DNA from: Phaeosaccion multiseriatum
Taxonomy: Eukaryota; Protista; Ochrophyta, other classes
DNA: 64,000 nucleotides
Reading direction: 5' to 3'
Assembly (NCBI GenBank): GCA_965112735.1
Contig: OZ218953.1
Coordinates: 4,464,001-4,528,000, forward strand
In this document: in pieces, positions 38,688 through 51,747 of the stretch
How positions within the stretch are numbered: the stretch's first letter is position 1
How the letters are laid out: each line of letters starts with the position of its first letter
Made by a program: the position numbers and the translations under genes
The notes under the pieces: generated by a model
What the model saw: only the letters and a program-made list of their open reading frames with translations
Database searches by the model: none
Told to the model about the DNA's origin: nothing

Positions 38688-41600
38688 ATGAGCGAACAGG
38701 CTCGAGCAGTAGAAAGCCCTGAGTCCTCTTTGGGTAACTGTGTCTCTCTGACAAGAGGCAGAAGTGAGAGGGGCGGGGAGGAGAAAAATGGTGTTGGTGT
38801 GGAAATGGAGGCAGCCGCGTCGTCAAAGAAGGAGGGGGGCATGAGGGAGGATGTTTGCTTTGAGCTCTTCGGGGGGGAGGCAGCAGTGGGGAATGTCCTA
38901 CAGGAGTTCTCATGTGCTTTAGACAAGAGGGGCACAGCGCTGATGCACGGCAGGATATTCATAACCACCCAGGGAGGCGTATGCTTCTACAGCGAGGTGT
39001 TTGGACGGGAGGAGAGGCTGCAGATCCCGTACGATGAAGTCACACGCTGGTACGCCATTGCTCTTTGTATGCTGTGGGTGCTTCTCCACGCACACTCCCG
39101 CCCTTCTTCGACCCTTTACCCTTTTTGCTCTCCTGTCTTTCTGTGCCGTCGCTTCCTACGTGAGGCCGTCGCAATGCCTTCTTTCATGCTCTGTTTCTTC
39201 GTGCCGCTCTCTCCTCTGCTCTTGCCTACCGCCCGACAGCACCAAGGGTAACAGCGCCATCTTCTTTCCCAACGCCATCATCCTCCGATGTGAAGGAGAT
39301 CGCTCTTACATATTTCGAAACTTCTGGGAGAGAGACGAGGTGAGCATCTTCCACCTTTTGGGTCATTGTGGTGAAACGGGGATCAGTACGCAAGGGAAGA
39401 AGAACACTCAAGGGTAGAGAGCCCCGCTGCTGCTGCTGCTGCTGCAGCTGCCCTGCGTTGACATGTATGCACGACCACCTCCCTTCCCCTCCACCCACCT
39501 GCAGTGTTTCCGGCTGCTACTGAAGCAGACAGGGCTGCCTGCGAGAGGGCAGCAGTACGTTGTCAACAAGCGGAGGCACAGCAGCAACGGAACCTCCGCG
39601 GCTGGTGACAGTGCCCTGCTCCACACCGAGACCACCAGAGGAGGGAGCCGAGGGCTGGAGCAATCGGGCCTTACCGATAGCAAGGGAGAAAGTAGTAGCA
39701 CGACCGCCAGTGGTACAGTAAGCAGCACAAGCAGCAGCGGCAGCAGCATCGACAACGCCAGCACGGAGGGAACTCATGAGAAGCTTCGTAGTCGGTCTCT
39801 GTCGCCCGTGCCCTCGCGTCTCAGGTCGGAGCGCAGCGGTAAGGATGGTGGTGTTCTCCAGCAGCCGCAGCCGCAGCGGCAGCCACAGCAGCAGCAGCAG
39901 CAGCAGCAGCAAGGCCATGATGAGTGGAGGCTTGACAAGGGTGGCGAGGAGAGTCAGCGCAGAGGAGTGGGTAGCAGTAGCAGTGGCAGCTCACCTCCCG
40001 CCGCCCCGCCGGCCGTCGGCAGCCGCTCTCTCCCTCCCAGTCCTGCTAAAAAGGTGCGGCATCGACCACAGAGGAGGCCCGACGTGACGGGGAGATGGCA
40101 GTGGATGGCGGGGGTGATGGCAGTGGATGGGGAGGCCCCACAAGTCTCGTCTCCATTTTCGTCTGGCTCTACTCTCACATTCTCTCCTATCCACCCGAAA
40201 AGCACGCCCACAAGACACGCACACGCAGAGAGAGAGACTCCCTTCCTCCCTCAATAGTTTTGCTGTCTCGTCGTCTGAAGCCTCTTGTCCCTCCTCCACC
40301 ACCCTCTCTCCATCTCGCCTTTGCAAAATCACAACGTCTACACAACCCCCCCTCCGAGATGTCATCTGTTGCACAGCATTGAGCAAGCATGCCCGTTAAT
40401 GTCAAGCATGCCCCTTAACGTGTGATGTACAGGAGTCCGGCCGTTTGAGCTTAAGCCTATGGGGAGCACCCGATAGAGAGGAGAAAGGGACGGGGCACCA
40501 GCAGCAGCTGGACGGGCAACGGGGGCGCGAGGAGGCAAGGGGGGGGGGCGATAAAGCAGCAGGCTCCGTGTCGAAAGGGTCTGGCGTCGCGCTACACCGC
40601 CGTCTCCGAGAGCTGTCTTGCTCGTCGTCTGTAGGCAGCGGTGCAGAGAGCGAAGACGAAGGGCTGGCGACGGATGAGCTTGAATGGACGGAGGGCACAC
40701 AAGGGGAGAGAGAATCGAAACGCCTGAGGATGCAGCAGGCCCTCAATGGTGACGAGGAGAACAGTAGCAGCAGCAACAGCAGCAACATCGGCGGGAGCGG
40801 GGCTGGGGGTGGGGGTGGGGGAGGAGTAGGCTCAGGGTCCCCTCCTTTGAAGGACGTTGCTTCTTCAACCTTCGACGGGGTCAGCGTAGAAGGGTTCTTC
40901 TCTCATTTCTTTGCGAATGAGGCGGGCTACGGGCTGCCGAATTTCCACGGAACAAGAGGGCACTGGGACATTGACAGCACCCCTTGGCAGGACATGAATG
41001 ATGGACGGATGGTCGACAGAGGCTCGGAGGTGGGGATGGGGCGGCATCGCTCTGAGCACACTGCTAAGCACGCTGCTTCTTCGTCACTTGCCCCCACCGC
41101 TCCACCGTCGCCGTCGCCATCCCCGATGTCGGGGGGCCAACGGAGGGCAGCAGCGGCGGAGCAGGACAAGGACAAGAGCTGGGCGGGGGGGCAGGCCAAA
41201 GCAGGCGGCATGAAGGAGGTGAAGGAGGAGGAGGAGGAGAAGAAGCAGGAGGAGGACATGGAAGAGGACGAGAAGGAGGACGAGGAGGAGGAGGAGGAGG
41301 AGGAGGAAGAGGAGGAGGAGGAGGAGGAGAAGGAGAAGGAGAAGAAGAGGGACACGCGCCGACGCCAGGAATGGCGGCGGCAGCGACAGGGAGAGACTGA
41401 GTCGTGCTTGACGAGAACCATTCGCTTCAAAGTGCCGCTTAATATGGGCTTTGGTCCGTCCGAGGTAAGGAGAGGGAAGGGGGGGGGGGGGGGGTTGAGC
41501 GGTGGGCCGTGCAACCGCAAGGGAGAGGTGGCAACTCGGCTTGTCTCTCACTCTAGCCGGCATGCATGAGAATAGTCAATCGCGATTGAAACAGAGTAGA

Positions 41601-42968
41601 CAGTAGAGACTAGGTAGGCGTTTGTAGGTAGTGGACTAGGTTGACCTTCCTCTGCCTCATCTGATCTCATCTCACCACCACCCTCCCGCCCCTCTCTCCC
41701 TCTCTCCCTCTCTCCCTCTCTCCCCTCCCTCCCTCCCTCCCTCCCTCCCCTCGCTTGCAGGTCAAGACGCTGAAGAAGCAGAGGGTGAGGGTGTTCGGCA
41801 GTGCGGGGTTTATCGTGGATACTTCGACCATCGTTGATGATAATGTGCCCTACGGCGATCACGTACGTCGCGGGGGAGGCAAGAGGGGGGGGTAAGGAAA
41901 GGGGATTGGAAAGAAACTGCTCATTGCTAACCCTCACTCCTTTCTGCAATGCCCACTTGCTCGGAGGGGAGGGGAGGGGAAGGGAATTTTTGGGAGGAAA
42001 TGGCTCAATCGCTTAACTCCCCCCCCCTGCGCCGCCCCTTCTCCTATGCCCACTTCACTCTTTTAGTTCTATGTGGAAGACCGGTGGATCGTCGAGGCAT
42101 TGGAGGAGAAGGGGGGGGCGGAAGAAGGCGGTGAACAAAGCGCCATCCCAAGTAGTAACAGCGGTAGCACTAGTAGTGCTAGCAGTAGTAGGAGGAGTAG
42201 CGGTAGTAGCAATAGTAGTCGTAGTAGCATCATAAGTGGCGGCCGAGGTTGTCGTGTAACGGTGCAGTGGCGCTGTGTGTGGCGCAAGTTCAACATGCTC
42301 AAGGGCATCATCGAGGGAAAGAGCAAGGCCGACGTGTTCAGCTTCAACAAAGCCTTCTTGGAGGGCATGCAGCACTTCTTGGAGCGCAAGCAGTTGGTGA
42401 TACAGCAACACGGCAAGGCGGTGGATGGTGGGGCGGCAGAGCTGGGTCCTCTCCCCGTGGAGGGAGGAGGAGCAACGAGAACCGCAGGAGCGACGGTTAC
42501 AGCAGGCGCCAGTGGCAGCAGCAGTGGCAGCAGCAGTGGGAGCAGGAGAGAGGCTGACAAGATGCACCCTTTCCTCCTGGCACTGCGCGTGTTGACCTTC
42601 TTGTTTTTGATGTATACCGTCCTCTTTTGGACGGCGGCTCAACTGAGGGACAAGCAGGGGCTGCAGCAGGCAGCAGCGGGGGCCGGGGTCAGAGGACGAG
42701 GGGGGCGGGAGCGGGTAGGGGTGGGCAGCAGCAGCAGCAGCCGCAGCAGCAGTAGTAGTAGTAGTATTAGCAGCATCCTGCTGAGGCTTCGTGGTAGCAA
42801 CAGCGGCGCCGGAGATGCAGCGGAGAGATTGGACGAGCTCTACGAGCATTGGGGAAAGAGCAATCTCTTGCTTGGGGACGTCAGTCGGCAGGTGAGGGGG
42901 CACGTGTTACTGCGTTGGTTTGAGTGGAGGGTTCTTGACTTAAAGGAATCACTCCTTAAAATTACGTA

Positions 42969-43018
<50 letters not shown>

Positions 43019-43241
43019 AGTGAGGTGGAGGGACGAGTGTGGTGGGTTGGTTGGAGTGTGAAAAGCAGGTCTGGAGGTGGTCACGCGCCCCCTCTGGCTG
43101 TGCCGAAGAACAGTCTCTCTCTCTTCTCTCTCTATCTGTGAGTCTTCCGCCCGCACCTCCCCCCCTGCCCCTGCCCCCACGCTGACCAGCAGAGGCGAGA
43201 CTTACGAGACTACTGATCCTCTTCCCTCCCTCTCCTCACCC

Positions 43242-43282
<41 letters not shown>

Positions 43283-43553
43283 CTCACAACAGGCTCGCGT
43301 GCTTACCGCGGAGCTTGCCCGATGGCACAAGGGCAGCGGTGGAGGCCCTTCGTACGGCTCATGTATGTCGTTGGAAGGGTCGGAAGGGAAGCAAGCCAAG
43401 GCATGCGGAGTTGCTGGGGCGGCCGAGCAGCAGGCGGTGGAGAGCGCTGCTCGAGACCTCAGCCGCTGTGTGGAAGCGTTGAAAGCGGACGAGGCTTCGT
43501 TGGAGAGGACGGTGAAGGACATTTTGGACCTTCTCATGATGCAAGACTGGTAG
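38688..43553 (+). CDS. GRAM + VASt (StARkin) domain sterol-transfer protein, VAD1/GRAMD1/Lam-like, with TM helix and C-terminal coiled coil
   Basis: GRAM: EFSCAL...HGRIFIT...CFYSEVFG...IFFPNAI...YIFRNFWERDE. VASt: VEGFFSHFF...STPW, RTIRFKVPL, NVPYGDH/FYVEDRW, KGIIE. TM: FLLALRVLTFLFLMYTVLFW. Confidence 0.85.
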
Positions 43554-43973
43554 CAGCGGGGTAGCACAGGGTAGGGTTTTTGTGTTGCAGTTTCGCATGC
43601 GGTTAATCAATACAGCAAGGGGCCTTTCGGCCTTTCCCTCGGGAAATGTCCGCTTAGACGATTAGAGTACGGCTAAGCTATTGACGGACCGCCTCAAGAG
43701 CAACAAGGAGGGGCAGAGAGGGACCCGCACACACACTATTTTCCTTGTGTGAGCCGCACATACACACCACACACAGCACCGACATTCACATAACACCCTG
43801 CCACACCCTTTCGCGGCCTTCCCAAGGTACAGATCACAGGATTAGAAAAAAAAAGATTAGAGGGCGATTTCGAGATCGATTTTTCTCTGAAGTCATGGAA
43901 AATCGATATTCATCCACACACCCCTCCTTTTGTGCCCTTTCTTCCCAATTGGGCAATATATAATAAGTTGACA

Positions 43974-46000
43974 ATGGCCGCTTCCCGCATTCGCGCATGC
44001 CTTCTCACGGCTGTCTTGGCGGTGTCGTGTGGAGCCGGGAGGACGGTTGCATCGTCCTCACCGTTGACAACAGCTAGCCTGGAGGGACGGCAAATGCACA
44101 AATTCCTGTCCCCCTTGCAACGGCACAGGAAGACAACAGGAGCAGCAGCGGTGGTTGCCAAAAGTAGTGCGCCGTCAAAAGCGAAGTCGTCCAAGACGTC
44201 CAAGAAGGGCGACAGCAGCAAGGGGAAGATCAACGAAGAAACTAAGAAGACATTCTTGACGGGCCTGGCCTCGGGGGCCGTTGCTGGCACCACGGTTGAT
44301 CTCGTGCTCTTTCCCCTCGACACGGTCAAGACGCGGTTGCAAGCAAAGGCTGGGGTGACATTCTCCAAGAATATGTTCAAAGACATGTTTGATGGGCTTG
44401 TGCCGGCCATTGCGGCGTCTGCTCCCTGCGCTGCTGTCTTCTTCGGCGCCTATGGTGAGTGGGGAAGAGAAGCCGAGTGCAATTGGGTCGATGTTTGGCA
44501 GAACGCGCCAAAACTTGATGTAGTGGACTCACCACAGAATTTTCGTTGCCACGAGTGACTTTCATGGCATAAAGCTCAGCTCCGTCTTTGCCCTCTGTAC
44601 TGCTGTGCTACGCACTCAGGAATCGCCCTAACCACTACGCCTTGTGCCTCATTGCATGCACTCCTCCTACTCTCTGGCCCCTCCCTGACCAGACACTCTG
44701 AAGAGAGAGCTAGCGGAGAGGGGGCCTGCGACTTTCCAGCCATTTGTGCACTCAGCCGCCGCTGTAGGAGCGGATCTCACGCAAAGCGTAGTGCGGGTAC
44801 CTTTCGAGGTGGGAGAAGAGGCAGAAGAGGGAAGGATGTAGGAAGGGAGGGTAGGGCAGAGACGAGACGCTTAACAGACGACAGACGCGTCATGCGGAGT
44901 GAAGAGCAAGGGCAACGGCAGGCCAGAGGAGATTTCCTGATAAACGTTTCACCGTATCAAAGAGCACTTGTCCCCCCCTCACTCCCGCTATCACCGAACA
45001 AACCCTCACCCCGCACGCTGCATCTTACGAACGACAGGTGGTGAAGCAGCGGCTGCAGGCAGGCGTAGACAGCAGCACCATCTCGGCGATCAAGAACGTG
45101 TTCAAAACGCAGGGCATTGGCGGCTTCTACACGGGGTGGGGTGCACTCGCTCTCCGAGACTTGCCCTTCGACATTATAGAGTTTCCCATCTACGAGGCTT
45201 TCAAGGTGCAGTGGGCAAAGAAGAAGGGGGCACCGCTTGCCCCGTGGGAAGGATCTCTGTGTGGGAGCGTGGCAGGGGGCATTGCTGCTGCCGTGACTAC
45301 TCCGCTGGATGTGGTCAAGACTAGGCTAATGACGCAGAGCGCTGGGCAGTACGCAGGCATCATCGACTGTATGAAGGTGAGGTGGAGGAAGGGAGGAAGG
45401 GGGTAGGGCTGATTGATTCTATTGACTGGACCGCGGCTTTCCTTTTGCCCGGCAAGGAGGCTCTGTGTGTCGGTGTGTGGATCAACAGGTTTTCCATACA
45501 ATTGCTCCCTCGAATTGTGTTTCCCCCACCCTCAAAATCACCTTGTCATCTCAACTGTGTCGCTGTCTTGTATCCTGACACCAGTCAATCATCAAGGAGG
45601 AGGGGGCCTCTGCTCTGTACTCCGGGGTGGTGCCTCGCATGACGAGCATCGCCTTTGGCGGGGCCATCTTTTTCGGAGCCTACGGTACGTTGCAGTGACA
45701 GTTACAGTTACAGACAGACAAGAGGCAGACGCGCTTGAAACGCCTGACATGCTTGATATGCTTCCTCTCCCAGTGTGTGCTGTCTGTCGTAGAGCGGATG
45801 TATTCCCGATTCGCTTCTGTCCTGTCCTGCCCTGCTGACTACCCTTGCTCCTCCTCTCCCTCTCTCTCTATCTCTCTCCCTTGGACACTGCCTACCCTCC
45901 CTTTCCCCCCTCTTAATGTGCCCCCCCCCCCCCCCGCCTTCCTATTCTGCTCACAGAAACGGCCAAAGACGTCATTGTGAAGAACGACCTCTTCAAATAG
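43974..46000 (+). CDS. Mitochondrial-carrier-family S-adenosylmethionine transporter (SAMC/SLC25A26-like) with N-terminal signal peptide
   Basis: 5 exons. Three carrier signatures (FPLDTVKTRLQ, VPFEVVKQRLQ, TPLDVVKTRLM), plus RDLPFDIIEFPIYE and GGAIFFGAYE typical of SAM carriers. Confidence 0.88.
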
Positions 46001-46270
46001 AACAAAGAAGAGACAAACATCAATAGGCAACCCCCAGCCAGGCTAATGGGTTGAAAAAGGGAAGAAAAGACATGATGAGAGGGGCTTGCTTCTCTGGGAC
46101 AGGACGAGGGGGAAGCTCCCCTCGCGCAATAGAGAGATACACCAGAGAGGAGGGACGGGGGGGAGGGGGGGTGATGGTCACGATTTCGCTCTACCCACCG
46201 CACTATATAATTCGGTGGGAAGGAGGAAGCGGGATAATGTGCGGTAACAATACAATAAGACTAACATATG

Positions 46271-49071
46271 TCAGTGGACAATCAGGGCCTGCAGCTCCAG
46301 GAGGGCGTCAAGCTTGTCTGCCATGCGGCCCGCGATGGGGTCCAGCAGCGGCCGCAGCACGTGCACACTATGCATGGTCACCACCACCAGCTCGGTGATG
46401 CCGTCTCCAGTGAAGTCTCCCGAGCTCACGGCGTAGACTGGGTAGGGGAACTTGCGGCTCCATCGAAGGCTCAGTGCGCCACCTCCACCGCCACCGCCCC
46501 CTGCTCCACCACCTCCACCACCAACTCCACCGGTAGGAGGAGGAGGAGAAGGGAAGGGGGGGTTGGACTTAGTCTGGGAAGCGGGAGAAGATGGTAGCGA
46601 CGAGGAGGGGGGCGGTAGCGAGGCACCGGACATCGCCTTTCCTCTGCTTCCACCAGCTACTGCTGCTGCTGCTGCTGCTGCTCCTGCTCCTACTGGGCCT
46701 TCTTGTTGCTTCTGCCCCGCTGCTGCTGCCGCTGCTGCTCCTGCTGCTGGCGCACCCTTCCCGAGTGCCGGACACCCCCACATACTCCCTGTGGTGGCGG
46801 CTGAAAGGGACGGTGGACATGTTCCCCACAAGCGCCGCACAACGTCAAAGCTGTTCACTTCAAAGTCCCTTGCCCGATATCCCACATCCCGCCACGGCTG
46901 CTCGGCCAGCACTGGTTTGAACACCTCTAGCTTGCCGTAGTAGGTACCCAAAAACACCTCCTCCCCACCCCCTCCAGTGCCATCCTCCAGCGACATGCAA
47001 AGCACCGCGTCACCAGCCTGTAGCGCCACTTCCTGCTCGCGGAGGTAGGGCTTACCCCCCTCCTCCAGTTTGCACTGTCCAGCCCTGCCCAAGGAAGTAC
47101 ATAGGAAGGACGAATCTGATGTGTACGCCGACGCTGCTTTACTGCCCTCGCCGTCGCCATCTCCCCCTCCATCTCCTCCCCGCCCGCCCCCCTCCCTCGG
47201 TCTCCTGTGACCCACCCTCCCACTGCGACTGCTGTGGCTGCGCTTGTTGCAATGTGCTATCCCCACAACGGGGCCGCTGCAGTAAAACTCGCCCACCGTT
47301 GAGCCGCCCCCCATTGTCCTCCTCTCGGAAGCCAGAGCCGCGGTCCTGACTGCCCCCCCCACCACACCCCTGCCTCCGCCTCTAGCAAGGCGAACGCAGC
47401 CATTGAAGCAGGAGAGAGCAACTGATCGACGCTCGAGCATCGCCGCTCCTGTCCGTCTCGCCAACACTGGGGCGCTGGACAATGTTGCTGGGGAGAGGGA
47501 ATCAAGTGTCACCCGTCGCCCGCCCTGCTGCTGCGCTTGCCTTCCTGCCAAGGGTACAGCAGCCTCCCCTCCGCTGTATCCTCCCCTCCTCCCCTCCTCT
47601 TCCTCCTCGTCCTTCTCCCCCTCCTCTTGCTCCTCCTCCTCGTCCTCCTCCACCTCCACCACCTGCTCCCCTCCCTGCTCCCCCCCCTCCCCCTCCTCTT
47701 CCTCCTCCTCCTCCTCCTCCTCCTCCTCCTCCTCCTCCTCCTCCTCTTCCTCCTCCTTCTCCTCTCCCTCTTCCTTATCCCCTCGCCTTTGCCCTCTTTC
47801 GTCCGCGCTCCCTTCAGCTTGATGTTCCTCATGTCGGATGTCCATGGCAAGTACTGGACTCTGCAAGCCCACTAGCTCAGGGAAAAGCCTCCGTTTCTCC
47901 CGCATCTGCATCTCTGTCAGACCAAGGGATCGACTCACCACGTGGTGTATATGACACTCTTGGTGGTGCTTCTGAGTATCTACCACACTTTCCCCATCAG
48001 AGGGAGGGACAGCAGCTGAAGATGAGGTTATGGTGGACAAGGGCCCTCCTGCTAACAAAGACCCCCGTCCACTTGTCCCCATGGACGCAATCGACGCTGC
48101 TGCTCCTTGCGCGTTGACTGCAGCCATCGGCCCTGCCCCCCCCCCCCCCCCTCCTTGTGATACCTCTTCTAAGCGGGATGCCCCTCGTCCTGCTGCGGAT
48201 GATGAGTGTGGTGGTGCTGCTGATGCCATGACCGCTGTTGTTGTTGTCGTCGTCGTCGTCGAGGTTTTGTATACGTGGACGATGCTATCACTCCCCCCTA
48301 CAATAATCAGTACTGACCCGTCATGCTCAGAGTACGTGTGAGAAATACTAAGCGGTTCGTAGTCCAGCTTGACCCGGCAGCAGCCGCTGCCGCCGCCCTC
48401 GCCTCTCCCCCCTGCAGCAGCCCTACCTCCTGCTCCTTCCAGCACCCTGTCCAGGGGTTGGCGGTCGTCACAGCTCCCTCCGTACACATGGAGCCAACAA
48501 GAACCTGGCCTCCTTGGCGGCCGCACAATGAAGGATTCGAACCCCTCGATGCTGCTGCCGGATTCGCTGCCGCCGCCGCCATTTCTTGGCCCCCCCTCGC
48601 ACGAAAGGCCTTCGGCGTACAGCACGCAGACGAGGGGTCCATGACCAGGAGACTGTACTACGTGGTGGTGCTGAGGTCCAGAGTGGTGCGTCCTTCTCCT
48701 CCTATCCGTGACGTGGCACCCCAGTAGCTCAGCGTCTGGAGGAAGGTCGGCGACCTGAAGAGGGAAAAGGCAGAAGCGCCCGCCCGTCTGGGGCTGCAAC
48801 TCGAAGAGCTGAGCACTATTGGCGAGGAGGAAGCTTGAGGGGGATGAGGGTGGGGGAGGAGGACGCGAGGGAGGAAGGAAATGCGGCATGGAGTCACAGT
48901 CTATTGTAAAGAGAAGGGGGTCTTAAGAGGGAGAGAGCACAGAGACAAAAGAAAAGGCGGCTCTCTTTCATCCTACCTGGAGCGCCCGTCCGGACCCACG
49001 AACACGCTGCAGCAACTCTTCCGGCTCGTGTTTGCGGTGGACAGCGGAAAGTACGCTGCCTCTGTGTACAT
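46271..49071 (-). CDS. KPTN: Kaptin (KICSTOR complex subunit) homologue with long low-complexity inserts
   Basis: Exons 49071-48977 and 48834-46271. Segments LPPDAELL, WLHVYG, KLDYEPLSISH, IIVGGSDSIVHVY, LFPEL...SPVLAMD, DAVLC...EVFLGTYYG and WSRKFPYPVYAVSSGDFTGDGITELVVVTMHSVHVL parallel the kaptin sequence as I recall it. Confidence 0.8.
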
Positions 49072-49355
49072 GTTCTCTCTCGTTTGCGTTCCCGCTCGCG
49101 TCGCTGGCCCATATACCTTCATTGACATACTTTGCACGGCCTACTGGAAATTTTGCACCACCAAACAAACCCTCCCTCGATCTCTCTCTTCCCACAAGCT
49201 CTTCCTCTGGCTTGCACCCTCTGTACATGCAATCCGGATCTTGTGCCAGTCTCCTTGGAAATCCCAAAACGAGAGCTGCGGACACGAGCTTAGGGGAGAA
49301 GAAAAGGGTTAAGAGAAGAGGGGGGGAGGAAGAAGGAAAAGAAGAGTGAGTTCCG
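49072..49355. promoter_or_regulatory. Putative bidirectional promoter between KPTN and PP6
   Basis: Only 284 bp separate the two divergent start codons. Confidence 0.5.
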
Positions 49356-50527
49356 ATGGGGAACATAGACAAATGGATAGAGCATCTTCGCGAGGGCGAG
49401 TGTCTAGAAGAGAACGACTTGAGACAGCTGTGCAATATGGTAAGTAATGCGGGGGTCCGGTGGTCAAGACAAGTTGGAACAGTGGAGGATTTGCTGGGGT
49501 GTTTTGTTTGACCTCTGTAGAAGCGAATGCACTCTTGCTAAGACCTGAAGAGTGCTCCTCAGAGATAGAGAGAGAGAGAGACTGGATAGCCTCACTCTCC
49601 GCCCCCACTTTCGACATGCTCCTCCTCCGGCCCGACTCCCTCCGGTCCCCAATGCACGCAACCCACCCCCTCCCTTCAGGTCAAGGAGCTGTTGATCGAG
49701 GAGAACAACGTTCAGGCAGTTTGTAGTCCCGTGACCGTGTGTGGAGACATTCACGGGCAATTCTACGATCTGCTGGAGCTGTTTAGGACGGGGGGAGACG
49801 TGCCAGACACACACTACGTGTTCATGGGCGACTTTGTTGATAGAGGCCACAATAGCGTGGAGACCCTGCAGCTGCTCATGTGTCTCAAGGCCCGGTATCC
49901 AGGCGCCATGACATTATTAAGAGGGAATCACGAGTCGAGGCAAATAACACAGGTAGGGGGCTGCGAGAGTCGCGGTTTGATTTGTTTCATTGAAAGAAGT
50001 AAAGTGGAACCTCCGCTATCCCTTGATTCTTCTCATGTTTTGTCCTCCCACCTTTGAGACCCTTCGGACACAAAACCTCGGGGAATGCTATGTATGTATT
50101 GATTTCATTGTTGGGGTAGGATGGGATGGGATGGATGGGATCCTCTTACCTACTCGTCGTGCACACATACACACCCACCCACACACTTACGCACACACAC
50201 ACACACACACCATACACCCCACTACAGGTGTACGGCTTTTACGAGGAATGTGTTCGCAAGTACGGCAACGCCAACTCTTGGAAGTACTGTGTAGATGTGT
50301 TTGACCACTTCAATCTCGCGGCCGTCATCGACGGGAGAGTGCTGTGTGTGCACGGGGGATTGAGTCCGGAAATTCGAACGCTGGTGAGTGAGGTGGAAAG
50401 AGAGGGGGGGAGAGCGACTGACTTGAGAGACAGACCGAGAGAGCAGCGGCGTAGTGACGGCGGAGAAGGGGCGCAGCGCATGTCGGGAGCTTGGACGGAG
50501 CGCACTCGTACTAATCGCCCGTCTCGG

Positions 50528-50573
<46 letters not shown>

Positions 50574-51492
50574 GCTTCGAATTCATTCCCCATCAAACAG
50601 GACCAAATCCGCACAATAAATCGGCTTCGAGAGATCCCCCACGAGGGAGCATTCTGTGACATGATGTGGAGTGACCCCGAGGAGATCAAGGAGGCTTGGG
50701 TCATCAGTCCAAGAGGGGCAGGCTACCTCTTTGGGGCCAAGACCGCCGAGGAGTTCAATAGGGTCAACGGTGAGGAAAGGAGGGGAGAGGAGAGGAGGGG
50801 AGGAGAGGGGAGAGGAGGAGAGAGGAGAGAGGAGAAGAGAGGAGAGGGGAGAGGAAGGGAGAGGAGAGGAAGGGAGAGGAGGAGAGGCACGAGGAGAGGA
50901 GGGGAACGGAGAGAAGAGGATAGCTACGAGGAACGAAGCGAAGCGAGGGAGGTGAGGGGACGGATAGTAAACTTCCTCTCTCTTGGGGTGCGTCTTTGTG
51001 TTGTGATGGGGTGCAAGGGCTCTTTCTGCGGCAAAGCAAAGCAAAGCTCTTCTACTTATGGGCTGCGTCAAGGTCGTGGTGGCTGCTTGATTGGTGTGGT
51101 AGATCGGTCGTCTTCGCTTTCGCCATGTACCGCAACCAACCAACCAACCAGCACCATCAAATCAATCAACGTTGGTGGCCTTTCCCCTCCCAATCCCAGC
51201 ATCAAACCTCTCCCTCCCTCTCCCCCTCCCCTCCCCTCCCCTCCCCTCCACAGATCTAGACTTGATTTGCAGGGCGCATCAACTAGTCATGGAGGGCTAC
51301 AAGTACCACTTCCCTCAGCAGAACCTTGTCACCGTGTGGAGCGCCCCCAACTACTGCTACCGCTGCGGCAACGTGGCGGCTGTGCTGAAGTTTGACGACA
51401 AGTTAGAACGGACGTTTCAGATGTTTCACGAGGTGCCAGAGTCCGCCTACAAGGCGCAGGAGCGACAGGCCATTGTGCCGTACTTCCTCTAA
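49356..51492 (+). CDS. PPP6C: Ser/Thr protein phosphatase 6 catalytic subunit (PP6/Sit4/FyPP)
   Basis: 6 exons. [62 protein letters not shown]. The C-terminal VPYFL favours PP6 over PP4/PP2A (DYFL). Confidence 0.9.
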
Positions 51493-51747
51493 TCGGGGAG
51501 GGAGTGAATGGTCAAGAGTGCCTCTCCACTTGCTGATGAGTGTGCGTGGGGAATAAGTACTTCGAAGTACGGTATTCTCAACAAACAATTTTTCTATTTA
51601 TTTTGATTAATTTTTTTTAAAAAATTAATTAAAAAATACAGTTGTAAGTACACGCCGCAGCGCTCAGCAGCAGGTGGGTTGCTTCTTTTCACCACTCCTG
51701 TCGGGGGGACGGAAGAGGATGAGTGTGCGCTTGCGAAAGGGACTGGC

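Noticed and set aside
1228-46000. A SAM/methylation cluster (GSTCD, SET protein, SAM carrier) or a window-wide amino-acid cluster
   Set aside because: The genes are tens of kb apart, interleaved with unrelated housekeeping genes, and predicted for different compartments. No evidence beyond chance.
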